Below are positions 1 through 8,929 of a stretch of DNA of 21,630 nt, piece after piece (position 1 is the stretch's first letter; the number at the start of each line of letters is the position of its first letter). The notes beneath the pieces are model-generated. The model did no database searches. It had not been told where the DNA came from and saw only the letters and a list, made by a program, of their open reading frames with translations. Source of the stretch: Histomonas meleagridis 2922-C6/04-290x. Taxonomy: Eukaryota; Protista; Parabasalia. The translations under genes were made by a program, and so were the position numbers. Location: positions 1 to 21,630 of the forward strand of contig JAANOX010000065.1 of assembly GCA_020184695.1 (NCBI GenBank), written 5' to 3'.

Positions 1-1
1 T

Positions 2-712
2 AATAATCCTGACAATTTTACAATATTATTCCAGGGGTTTGGTAATATAGATAGGCGTGCATTTTATAATATAATATTGAATCATATTCATAATCATATA
101 GGTGGGGTTAGGATTGGACAACATTATTTTATAAATTATCTACGTGAAGGTTGGGTTTGGTCTCAAAAACCATTATTACCTAATGTATATCAAGACATGA
201 TAAATACATTAGGTAATGGTCAAGACATCACCCCCGATTATACTAATATTATAGAATTCGAGGGGTCAGATGAAGATAATGCATGGATACCTTATTGGAT
301 CCATTTAGAGGGGTTTGGTATAGAAAGAGCACAAAATGTAGCTCAAAATGGGGCACAATTCTTCCCTTATTTAGTTTCAGAAAATATTCCGTATGTTATC
401 AAACAATATTTACGAAGATTACAAATCTTCGATTCACTATTAAATAGTGAAAATAAACAAAGGGAAGAATTGAATGACTGTTGTTTCATATATGCTTTAA
501 AACAGTCAGGTATCCCAGAAAAAGTGCTCGATAAAATCCGTTGTAGGATTTTAGTCAAATATCATATTGCTTCTAAACTTGATTTAGTTTGTAAAGATAA
601 TTCAATTTATGCTCAAATTCACAAAGTTTATAAATCCATCGATGAAGATGGTAAAACTAGAATTAGACTTATTGTTTATCAAAAACAAGGTCAAACATTG
701 GTAGGTATATAA
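2..712 (+). pseudogene. N-terminal fragment of a Maverick/Polinton protein-primed DNA polymerase (terminal-protein region), truncated at ~700
   Basis: The frame is open from base 2, so it runs off the left edge and the TTG start at 77 is not the real start. It contains QFFPYL...LRRLQIF...NDCCFIYALKQSG, which I recognise as resembling the N-terminal part of trichomonad Maverick polymerases. The last codons (VGI*) come from the unit A leader that begins at 701. Confidence 0.55.
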
Positions 713-715
713 TGC

Positions 716-792
716 GGTCGGGAATGATCACGAGGACCCCAGGGGCCCCGCCCCCGGCGGGGCCCCTGGGGTCCTCGTGATCATTCCCGACC
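716..792. repeat. Perfect 37-bp inverted repeat with 3-nt loop (leader hairpin 1, unit A)
   Basis: 716-752 GGTCGGGAATGATCACGAGGACCCCAGGGGCCCCGCC is the exact reverse complement of 756-792; the loop is CCC. Confidence 0.97.
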
Positions 793-806
793 TTTAGTTT
801 TCACTG

Positions 807-883
807 GGGGGATTGAAGGGGTCTGAGGCCTCCGGAGGGGTCCGAAGGGCACCTCCGGAGGCCTCAGACCCCTTCAATCCCCC
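807..883. repeat. Perfect 32-bp inverted repeat with 13-nt loop (leader hairpin 2, unit A)
   Basis: 807-838 pairs exactly with 852-883; the loop 839-851 is GGTCCGAAGGGCA. Confidence 0.97.
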
Positions 884-934
884 GAGTGTGCTCGCTCCGC
901 TCGCAACAAAAATCAAAATGATTTTTGTGAGCCA

Positions 935-1014
935 TACAATTCGTCTGAAAATTTGAATGCGCATTCAATTTTGAGAGAACGCGAAACTTTTTGATAGGAA
1001 CGATAGCACTTTTA
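935..1014. repeat. 80-bp leader segment with an exact inverted copy at 8850-8929
   Basis: Base-by-base reverse-complement match. Contains the 16-bp palindrome TTGAATGCGCATTCAA (953-968). Confidence 0.95.
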
Positions 1015-1139
1015 GCACCACTTTTCGCATAAACCTATCAAAAACATCACATTACCAACACGAATTGTCCCCGATTATCTTTGGTCGGACATTTATCCTA
1101 TTTAATTTATCTTTGATCGGAAGTTAGTAGTCAAAAAGC

Positions 1140-1171
1140 GACGGTTATTGTTTGGTCTCATCACAACCTTT
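1140..1171 (+). promoter_or_regulatory. Possible Trichomonas-type M3/M5 core promoter of the 113-aa gene
   Basis: GACGGTTA (1140-1147) fits the Myb-bound M3 consensus and CCTTT (1167-1171) fits M5, 11 nt before the ATG. Unit B keeps the M3-like site but not CCTTT. These are short motifs, so a chance match is possible. Confidence 0.35.
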
Positions 1172-1181
1172 ATTTTTATAA

Positions 1182-1523
1182 ATGCTTAAACCTGTGACTA
1201 AAACGTATTTTTGTACTTCCCAAAAAGAAAACCGTTTTCCGCCTGAATTTGTGGATTCTCAAAATCCTAGATATATAGTAGTACAACAATGTAAGTGTAA
1301 ATTTAAGGATTATTTAGTATCTGATGTTTCAATGCATGCTGATTTCATTAAATGTGATCATTATGAAGATTATTTTTGTATTTATACGAATGAAAATAGA
1401 ACTAAATATAAGAAATATGAATATAAAAGTAGAAAACCAAATTTTAAAATATGGTTTAAAGAAATGAATGGTAAAGAAATTGATCCTGAATATTTTATGT
1501 TAGAATTATTATTAATTTATTAA
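1182..1523 (+). CDS. Conserved 113-aa hypothetical protein, possibly a small beta-rich virion vertex (penton-like) protein
   Basis: Intact ORF with a near-identical copy at 14312-14654. Lies directly upstream of the fibre gene. The function is inference only. Confidence 0.7.
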   Translation: MLKPVTKTYFCTSQKENRFPPEFVDSQNPRYIVVQQCKCKFKDYLVSDVSMHADFIKCDHYEDYFCIYTNENRTKYKKYEYKSRKPNFKIWFKEMNGKEIDPEYFMLELLLIY

Positions 1524-1530
1524 ATAAAAA

Positions 1531-1535
1531 TCATT
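1531..1535 (+). promoter_or_regulatory. Trichomonad-type initiator (Inr) TCATT upstream of the fibre ATG; representative of many
   Basis: TCA(T/C)T lies within ~20 nt upstream of ATGs at 1531, 3721, 7100/7105, 16694 and 21241 (+ strand) and at 6359-6363, 8396-8400, 18928-18932 and 20047-20051 (- strand). Confidence 0.65.
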
Positions 1536-1543
1536 TTTTATCA

Positions 1544-3706
1544 ATGTTTAGTATTGAGAATGCTACGAAAGGAATAAAAACTAATGTTATTGCTGCTCCT
1601 GAAATTATTGACCAAGATGACTTACAAAAAGTTTTAGAAAATTATTCTACAAATGATCAAATAACAGAAAAACTTAATACTATAACTTCGATTACAATCC
1701 CACAATTATATTATAATAAATCACAATCAGATGAAAAATATTCTACAAAAAGTCATACTCATAATACAATAAATAATGATTTAACAGTAAATGGAAATGT
1801 ACAAGTTACTTCATTAAATGGTTTTCAATTGTCAACAGCAGAAGGTGGTAAATGGGATACAAAATTATATGTTCCATCTATTATCACATTAAAAGAAGAT
1901 GGTGTTGTAGAAGTTGGACAATATATTGATCTGCATAATAATGCAGATTACGATAAAGATAATACATGGAGAATAACTGCTAATACTAATTCATTAGATT
2001 TTAAATCAAAAACTGGTTCATTATTAAGTTTCGGAAGTAATGGCAATATTCAATGTTCAACTATAAATAATGTAGATACATCTGAAATATCTTTAAATGA
2101 TCATAATCATGATGAGATTTATGCTAAAAAAAATCATGAACATGTAAACTATGCTTCATCAGATCATACTCATAGTTATACTGATTTAAATGATAAACCA
2201 CAGTCATTTCCACCTTCAGATCATACTCATAGTTATAACGATTTAAATGATAAACCTGAAACATTTCCACCTTCAGTTCATACTCATAGTTATAACGATT
2301 TAAATGATAAACCTGAAACATTTCCACCTTCAGTTCATACTCATAGTTATAACGATTTAAATGATAAACCTGAAACATTTCCGCCATCAGAGCATATACA
2401 TACTTTTGATTATGTTAATTTAAAAAAGATTACTATATCTAATGATGATAAATGGCAACTAGCAGCTATTTCACAAGAAGAAAATAAAATAATATTTAGT
2501 ATTTCTCAAGGAGAAGATGATACTCAGCCTCCTGAAATAAAAGATTATTTCATAAATAGAACTGTAGAAAATTTATGTATTAACAAACCAAATTATAGTG
2601 ATATCCGAAATAAACCATCATCATTCCCACCTGAAACTCATACACATACAGAATATGCACTACTAAATCATACACATAATTTTAGTAATTTAACATGTAC
2701 TTCAATTAATGGTTTTGCTATTAATTCTTCTCCTTCTTATAGTAATATAAAGATTGGTGTTCCTTCAGTAGCAGTTATTAAAAATGATGGAGTTTTAGAA
2801 GTAGGACAATATATTGATTTACATCATTCTGATGATTATGGAAAAGATTATACTTATAGAATTCAAGCAACCCCAGAATCATTGAATTTAAAATCAGTAG
2901 ATGATAATAGTACATTTAAATTTTATTCTTTTGGCCAACTTTTTTGTCCTGAAATTAAATGTCCTTTAATAATTATGGATTCACCCACTATGGATGGATC
3001 AATAGAATCAAATGAAGTTTATCGCTATACATGGGAATTTAAAATATCTAATGATCATAAATTATGTTTTCAAGCATTAACACAACGTGGGACCCCTTCA
3101 GATGATCAAGGAGAATCTTCTGTGGGTACACCTGAGGATAGCACCTCCTCTGAAGATTTGGTATGGAACGTTGTGAATACTACATCATATTATATTAATC
3201 ATGTATTTAATCACAATCCTGGCTCAGGTTCAATTCCAATTAATACAACCATTACTCATAATGCTCCTGTTTCAGAAGATTTAACACAATTTCAAATTGG
3301 TTCACCAGTATTTTTAACAGGTAATGTTTTTTCATTAAAACAAAATGGCGTATATACTTCAAATTCATTTACAACAGATTGTATACCATCAGTTAAAACA
3401 ACAGGTACATATAAAGAATATATAGGTATTTGTGTAGCTAAACATGAAAATGGTTATAAAGCTTCAATAGGTGATGTTATTAAAAGAGAAGTAGAAATTT
3501 TACAAGATACTATTGATTTTGCTACACATGGAGATTTTTATTTTAGAGTAAATAATACTGCAGATTATGAAATTGGTGATGTAGTATTATTTGATAATAA
3601 TAAATTATCAGATGATTTAGTAATAACGACTAAAATATTAAATTCAATAGTTGGTAAAGTAACATATAAAATAGATGAATATTTATTAAGTGTATTTAAA
3701 GAATAA
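1544..3706 (+). CDS. Tail-fibre/spike-like protein (720 aa) with HxH shaft repeats
   Basis: Intact ORF. Has a YYNKSQSDEKY motif, 19-aa HTHSYNDLNDKPETFPPS repeats and two internal NGF...VPS...DGV(V/L)EVGQYIDLH...D(N/Y)T(W/Y)RI modules. These motif types are typical of phage fibre proteins. Confidence 0.75.
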   Translation: MFSIENATKGIKTNVIAAPEIIDQDDLQKVLENYSTNDQITEKLNTITSITIPQLYYNKSQSDEKYSTKSHTHNTINNDLTVNGNVQVTSLNGFQLSTAEGGKWDTKLYVPSIITLKEDGVVEVGQYIDLHNNADYDKDNTWRITANTNSLDFKSKTGSLLSFGSNGNIQCSTINNVDTSEISLNDHNHDEIYAKKNHEHVNYASSDHTHSYTDLNDKPQSFPPSDHTHSYNDLNDKPETFPPSVHTHSYNDLNDKPETFPPSVHTHSYNDLNDKPETFPPSEHIHTFDYVNLKKITISNDDKWQLAAISQEENKIIFSISQGEDDTQPPEIKDYFINRTVENLCINKPNYSDIRNKPSSFPPETHTHTEYALLNHTHNFSNLTCTSINGFAINSSPSYSNIKIGVPSVAVIKNDGVLEVGQYIDLHHSDDYGKDYTYRIQATPESLNLKSVDDNSTFKFYSFGQLFCPEIKCPLIIMDSPTMDGSIESNEVYRYTWEFKISNDHKLCFQALTQRGTPSDDQGESSVGTPEDSTSSEDLVWNVVNTTSYYINHVFNHNPGSGSIPINTTITHNAPVSEDLTQFQIGSPVFLTGNVFSLKQNGVYTSNSFTTDCIPSVKTTGTYKEYIGICVAKHENGYKASIGDVIKREVEILQDTIDFATHGDFYFRVNNTADYEIGDVVLFDNNKLSDDLVITTKILNSIVGKVTYKIDEYLLSVFKE
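2165..2392 (+). repeat. Four tandem 57-bp coding repeats (19 aa each) in the fibre gene
   Basis: Units start at 2165, 2222, 2279 and 2336 (CATACTCATAGTTAT...). Confidence 0.97.
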
Positions 3707-3737
3707 AAAAATATTTTATTTCATTTTATATTTTTAT

Positions 3738-4751
3738 ATGGATCCAATTTATAAAAGAAGAAGAGAAATACAAAAATCATTCGAAACATTAGTTAAAAAT
3801 GAATTAAATAATGAAAATTCACAATAAAAAGGTAATTTGAGTCTTGAAAATTTCATTAATTTTTTGAATGAAAAATATAATAAAGAGTTTAATTTTACAC
3901 CTGAATTTAATACTGGTACAAAGCCATTAGTTGAAATATACAACAATTTAGTTAATTATTATATAGATGTGAGCTTAGAAAGAACAACAGATGATCAATT
4001 TGAAAATAAACAATTTGACGATTATAAGCAATTTGAATATAATTTTATCAAACTTTTTATCGAAACTGAAAAAATTACACCTATAAATGGAAAAATTAAA
4101 AGAAAAACAATTCCAGAGCATTATGAATATTATATTAGAACGATTATCAAAAAATTGAATGAGATGTTTGCACGCAAAGTTTTTGAAGCTGAAAAAAAGC
4201 CTATCAAATTTAATGAATATTGTGAAGAATTAAAAAAATATTTATATGGTATAGAAATAATTGATAATAAAATTGGGAACGTATTTACATTCGATTCTGC
4301 TTATAGTAATTATTTGTTACAATATTTTAGTAAATTTCCTTATGACAATATATATAAATATTATAATATATATGAAGATTCTAAGAATTCACCTAATATT
4401 AACACAGGTTTCAAATCTCGTTCGAAAAACAAATATTTATTTGATAACTATATACTTCCATATCATATTGATTATTCAAAATTAGATTCACAATTTAAAC
4501 CTAATATAAATAATTTAGATTATTGTCCTTATAAAAGTTATAAAAAATATCAATTAAAATATATTGGTAATGATGGTGATATCATGAAATTGTATCGGTC
4601 TATATATAAAGGTAATGAAATAGAATTCAATTTATTATTAGGTACAACCAAATTTAAATCAAATTATAATCAAATCATCACTAATGTCGTGAAATTCCCG
4701 AGAACATTAAAGTTCACATATGAAAAAGGAGACATTAACAACTATTATTAA
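3738..4751 (+). pseudogene. 5' half of the integrase gene fused to a DNA polymerase 3' fragment
   Basis: The ATG at 3738 follows an Inr and is in frame with the 3837 ORF across one TAA (3825-3827). YNIYED...NINTGFK...KNKYLF...KKYQLKYIG matches the unit B integrase frame upstream of its first catalytic Asp. From 4570 the sequence switches to polymerase. Confidence 0.75.
4570..4746 (+). repeat. 177-bp copy of the polymerase 3' end (paralogous to 9801-9977)
   Basis: DIMKLYRSIYKGNEIEFNLLLGTTKFK...KFPRTL aligns without gaps to 9801-9977 (offset 5231). Confidence 0.93.
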
Positions 4752-4836
4752 TAATAACTTTACAATTAGCACTAGAACTATTATGTTCAGTATTATTCTT
4801 CCCTACATGTGGTGAGAAATCACTTATTTTAATAAT
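4743..4836 (-). pseudogene. 5' remnant of the ~175-aa gene seen at 18398-18920
   Basis: Near-identical to 18827-18920; the start codon is mutated to ATT and the rest of the gene is deleted. Confidence 0.8.
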
Positions 4837-4870
4837 AAAAAATAATGATTTTAAAAAAAATTTTCTTTAT

Positions 4871-6350
4871 TTAGAAACCACGTTTAGTGTTAATATATTT
4901 ATATAATGATGATTTAACATCTGCAAATTTATTCTTATCTAGTAAAATCTTAGAAACTGCTTGCTTTGAAGCACTTGACCAATAATTTTCTCCTGTATCT
5001 TCTCTAATATATTTCTTAGCTGTTTTCTCATCTTTAATATTTTGACCTGCCAATATCTTATTCATTCTTGTTTTTATAATGTCATTATAAAATTTAGCAG
5101 ATACACTAAGTATTGGAAACATTCCTTTAATCATAGCTAACTTTACAGGAAGTTGTTCATCATAAGCATTATTCTTTTGATAATCTTTAAGATAATCATT
5201 ATAAATTGGCTTAATAACATATCTAGTAAACACTTGATTTGCTGTTCTCCTTTTTGGTTTGTGTGTTTTATAAACATCTCTAACACCTGTATCTTGATAA
5301 TACTTTAAATTAAATTTATCAACAGTATCCATAATTTGTCTACCTTCTGGGGTAGGTTCTACCCTAGGATCATCAAATGGCTTATTATCATCATATGAAA
5401 CTTTTTCTTATATATTTATCCATAAATTCATCGAAATCCTCTATATGTTGACCTATTTGCTCTCAAAAAGTTTTCTATTTTTGTGGACTACCATATATTT
5501 TTGTTGTAAAAATCTTATATATTGACTTTCATAGGGGTCATGTTGTTTAACCGTCCATCCATTTACAAATTTTGCTCTTTTATGTTGATCTGCAACTATA
5601 ACATCTGGAATACCATCCTTATTTATATCTTCTTCAATTGCAGTCCAATGATATCTTGGATCCTTTTTATATCTTTATTTTGTTTTTTTCAACTAATGCT
5701 CTTGCTCCTTCTATTGTTTGAAGCTCTCTAATTTTTAACATCTTTCTTTAAATCAAGAATAAGATGTGCTAATGTATCCATATTTTCATCCAATATAACA
5801 TTACTTCTCCAGTATATTTATATTTATTCTTATCTTCTATAAAATCATACATTTTACCACCAGGAGTTCTAATGTGATATTCAGGAGGTCTTGGAGGTGG
5901 TGGTAAACTTTTGGTATTTGTTCTTCTTTTTTGATATTTTCCGTCCACTTTTTCATAACCCAATGGTGGAATTTCGTTAGACAAAATTGGTTTAATGTCT
6001 TCGATAGTTACTGTTGGCTGCACTGATGAAAAATGATCTTCATATTCTGTTTCTTCCAAAGCATCATCCTTTAGAACTTCTGGATGAAATAATGCTAGTT
6101 CATCAAAAAATGGATGTCCAATATTTTGTAAATACATCAATATATTATCCCATAAAGTAATCTCATCTATATCGGCTGTTTTTAATGTTCGCCATATTAT
6201 TATTTGATTATTGAGTTCATTTATAATAATTTTATCGGGTTGTTGATTTCGCCATTGTCTTAATTTTTTTTTAGCAGCACTCATATCAATACCAAGAACA
6301 TTGAGATAAGTAGCTATTTTATTATCTAAGCCCAATTCTTTATTTGACAT
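4871..6350 (-). pseudogene. Conserved Maverick hypothetical protein (~490 aa), frameshifted; joins ORFs 5769-6350 and 4871-5332
   Basis: The intervening frames read DENMDTLAHLILDLKKDV...DPRYHW...EDINKDGIPDVIVADQHKRAKFVNGWTVK. These match the unit B fragments at 18957-20038. Confidence 0.75.
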
Positions 6351-6382
6351 TTAAAAGAAATGAATTTTAATTTTTCATTTTT

Positions 6383-7077
6383 TTATCCAATTTTTATTTT
6401 TTGATTATTCACGTCGACGATCATTTTTTGATGTCCTGTCAGTTTTTGATAAACTGAATAAATTCGATCTTTAGTATAAGGCAATGGTATTTGAGCTATC
6501 ATATAACTTAATTGTTGTTTAGAGAAATTAGGAAATATAAATATAGTACTTACATTAGCTTTAACTTCAGCAGGTAAAGATTTCCAAAATTGTACAGCGA
6601 AAAATACAGAACATTGAATATGAGCTAATTTAGTAAATAATTGATTAAAATAATTAGTAGGTTTTTTAAATAAAGGACTATTAGCACAATCTTCAAAAAA
6701 TATTATAGTATGTAAAGTTAAATTATTAAAATTATTAATATATAATTTTTGAAATAATTCAGATATTTGATTATCTACTATTTTATTTTCCCAATGATTA
6801 TTTTTAAAATGTAGGATCATTTTTCTAATCCATTTTTAGTAATATAGATTAATATATGATTTCTAGGGATATTATTACTATTTTTAATAATTTCTCTAAT
6901 TATACATTGAGTTTTCCCACTTCTTTGTCTACCTACTGCTATATTTAAAGAATTATAAAGCACATTCACTTCTGGATGAATTTCACTTATTAATTCTTCA
7001 TTTAATTTAGGTTTATTTTTATATAAACAATAATCAATCATATTATCTAAGGCATCAATATTAATATCGTTTTCCAT
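6383..7077 (-). pseudogene. A32/FtsK-like DNA packaging ATPase, copy 1 (frameshift plus internal deletion)
   Basis: Walker A GRQRSGKT, Walker B-like TIIFFED, and a KLAH...AVQ motif in the position of the A32 R/H...Q motifs. It is 108 nt shorter than the 11182-11983 copy in the middle. Confidence 0.85.
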
Positions 7078-7116
7078 AAAATAAAATAATTTTATAAAAT
7101 CATTTCATTATTATTA

Positions 7117-7509
7117 ATGGAAGCTCTTTATACATGTTTTGCACAAGAATTTAAAGATTGTGATTTTAGTGCTATAAATATTAAACCTTCGTTTTCTATT
7201 GTAAAAAATAAAAATGTAATAACATTAACTGTAACTGTGTATAATAAATATCATAATTTATTAAGAAAACAAATTTATAAATTTATAGATGAAAAATATC
7301 ATCCTACTATTAAAAATCTATTACAAAATATAACACCTGAACAATTAGATAAAGCTTATCAAATATCTATAATGGAATTATTAAATCAAATATTTAATGA
7401 TGATTTTAATAAATATAATGCTTATGTAAATAAATTAAATGTTTTACAAAATTATGCTAACTCAATAATGCCTCAAAATCAAAATGAACAATCTCAAAAT
7501 GTTTTATAA
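7117..7509 (+). CDS. Conserved 130-aa hypothetical protein, divergent from the ATPase
   Basis: Intact ORF with a double TCATT upstream; near-identical copies at 10737-11138 and 20583-20971. Confidence 0.75.
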   Translation: MEALYTCFAQEFKDCDFSAINIKPSFSIVKNKNVITLTVTVYNKYHNLLRKQIYKFIDEKYHPTIKNLLQNITPEQLDKAYQISIMELLNQIFNDDFNKYNAYVNKLNVLQNYANSIMPQNQNEQSQNVL

Positions 7510-8165
7510 ATAAAAACTTAATGTCATTAATATTTTTTAACGTTCGAAAGGTGACACATTTGAATGAATAAATGTATAATGATTTTTATGTAATTTTTTA
7601 TGGACAGGGGATCAGTGTTAAAAAAATGAATTGATTTTTATCGTATTTTCCCACTTTTGAATTAACGATAGATTCAATTTTTACAGTTATGTACTAACTT
7701 AAGATATAAATTAATTCATCGAGATCATGGAAACGATCAGTAAACTATTTAAACAAAAAATATTTGATAGTACAGTCTTTATTCAGGTTAAAAAGTCATT
7801 GTGATCAAAACTCTCAGAAAACAACATTATCGCTATTCAATTTTATGATCGTATATTTTGACAAAAACTATGATCGTAACTTTGAATCTTACAGTCATTT
7901 TGGCATTTTTTTTCTTTAACGTTCATCTATCGTACTATTCAAAAATTTTATCACAAATTATTGAAATAAATTGAATGGTTAACATCACTTCACTATTTAA
8001 ATGTTGTCTAGATTACGAGTGGGGTGTGAAATTGAATAGTTTACTAAGGAGTATACCCTGATTGAATAGTTTATTGATCGGTATTTTTCGGATGAAAATG
8101 AAGATGCAAAGATCAAACTCATTTTTTAGACACAAAACAATGAAAAAAAATGATGTTGGAGTCGT

Positions 8166-8390
8166 TTACTCAATGTATTGAAGGATTCCTAATACTTCAT
8201 CAAATTTGTCCTTCATGATTAGGTCAATTAAGTAATCTTTGATCAGATCACGGTAATTGGTAAGGCAATTTGAGGGTTCCGCCGTGATCGACCCTTCCTC
8301 CCACAGCAACACGAAGTAGAGGACTTCGTCGTCGCCTTCCTTACGGAAGTAGTGGTCAAGGATGCATTGGACCGGGTACTCTTGTTCCAT
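8166..8390 (-). CDS. Standalone chromodomain-like protein (74 aa)
   Basis: MEQEYPVQCILDH...YFVLLW...TAEPSNCL follows the chromodomain pattern (EY.V..ILD...L+.W...T.EP..NL). The ATG at 8390 has a TCATT Inr just upstream. GC is much higher than in neighbouring genes. Confidence 0.65.
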   Translation of the reverse strand: MEQEYPVQCILDHYFRKEGDDEVLYFVLLWEEGSITAEPSNCLTNYRDLIKDYLIDLIMKDKFDEVLGILQYIE

Positions 8391-8528
8391 CGTCAAATGA
8401 ATTTGGGGTACCCTAATATAAACTATTCAAATATAATGATTTATTTAAAACTATTATGATGTTTTTTGAATCATTTCAAGTTCATTTGGTATATGTTAAT
8501 ATGATTTTTTAAAATAATTACTTTTTAT

Positions 8529-8849
8529 TTAATAACCATCAGGAATACCATTAGCATAATATTTCAATCCATTATGTAAATTTAATGTGAAATAAGTATC
8601 ACGACAAATGAATAATTGAGGGGGAGGTGGATGATTTCCAGCATCATCAACATTATAATAAGTATCGTTAGCTTGAGTATATATAGGTTGTTCCTTAATT
8701 TGTATCGGGATGTTTTGACCGTTAGAGTCTAAGCCGTCGAATACGTAACCACCACGCGAACGTTCACATTGTATATTAAGCATAAAAGAAGTAGCATCAC
8801 TTAATGTATTATTATATCTTGTACCATTTGAAGCATTCCTATCCATAGT
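8529..8849 (-). pseudogene. 3' fragment of a conserved Maverick gene, probably the major capsid protein
   Basis: YNNTLSD...QCERSRGGYVFDGLDS...NDTYY...HPPPPQLFICRDTYF. A homologous end sits at 21555-21630. The first residues of the listed ORF (8850-8873) come from the inverted 80-bp insert. The capsid assignment is from recollection and is unverified. Confidence 0.45.
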
Positions 8850-8929
8850 TAAAAGTGCTATCGTTCCTATCAAAAAGTTTCGCGTTCTCTCAAAATTGAA
8901 TGCGCATTCAAATTTTCAGACGAATTGTA
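8850..8929 (-). repeat. Inverted copy of 935-1014 at the junction between the capsid-like and polymerase fragments
   Basis: Exact 80-bp reverse complement. Confidence 0.95.

Larger units (their letters stand above)
701..8929 (+). mobile_element. Unit A: degenerate Maverick/Polinton-like element
   Basis: Collinear with unit B (13831 onward) starting at the identical GTAGGTATATAATGCGGTCGGG. Carries fibre, integrase 5' half, packaging ATPase and a capsid-like fragment. The right boundary is uncertain and no TSD was found. Confidence 0.75.

Noticed and set aside
367-558. 63-aa minus-strand ORF
   Set aside because: Antisense shadow of the polymerase N-terminal frame.
716-883. Leader hairpins as tRNA, rRNA or rho-independent terminators
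   Set aside because: No cloverleaf or rRNA similarity; the stems are long and near-perfect, upstream of genes, and lack U-tails in a consistent context.
2124-2387. 87-aa repetitive minus-strand ORF
   Set aside because: Antisense reading of the fibre repeats.
2165-2392. 57-bp tandem repeats as a CRISPR array
   Set aside because: The units are contiguous with no unique spacers, lie in frame within the fibre ORF, and there are no cas genes.
3749-4485. ORFs 3749-3946 (-) and 4261-4485 (+)
   Set aside because: Shadow or alternate frames within the integrase remnant, with low-complexity I/L/F-rich translations.
5522-5731. 69-aa hydrophobic plus-strand ORF
   Set aside because: Antisense to the frameshifted 4871-6350 gene, whose minus frame is conserved in unit B.
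7510-8160. Possible coding remnant or short direct repeat (ATTGAATAGTTTA twice near 8031-8073)
   Set aside because: No sustained frame or recognisable motif; a 13-bp AT-rich repeat is too weak to interpret.
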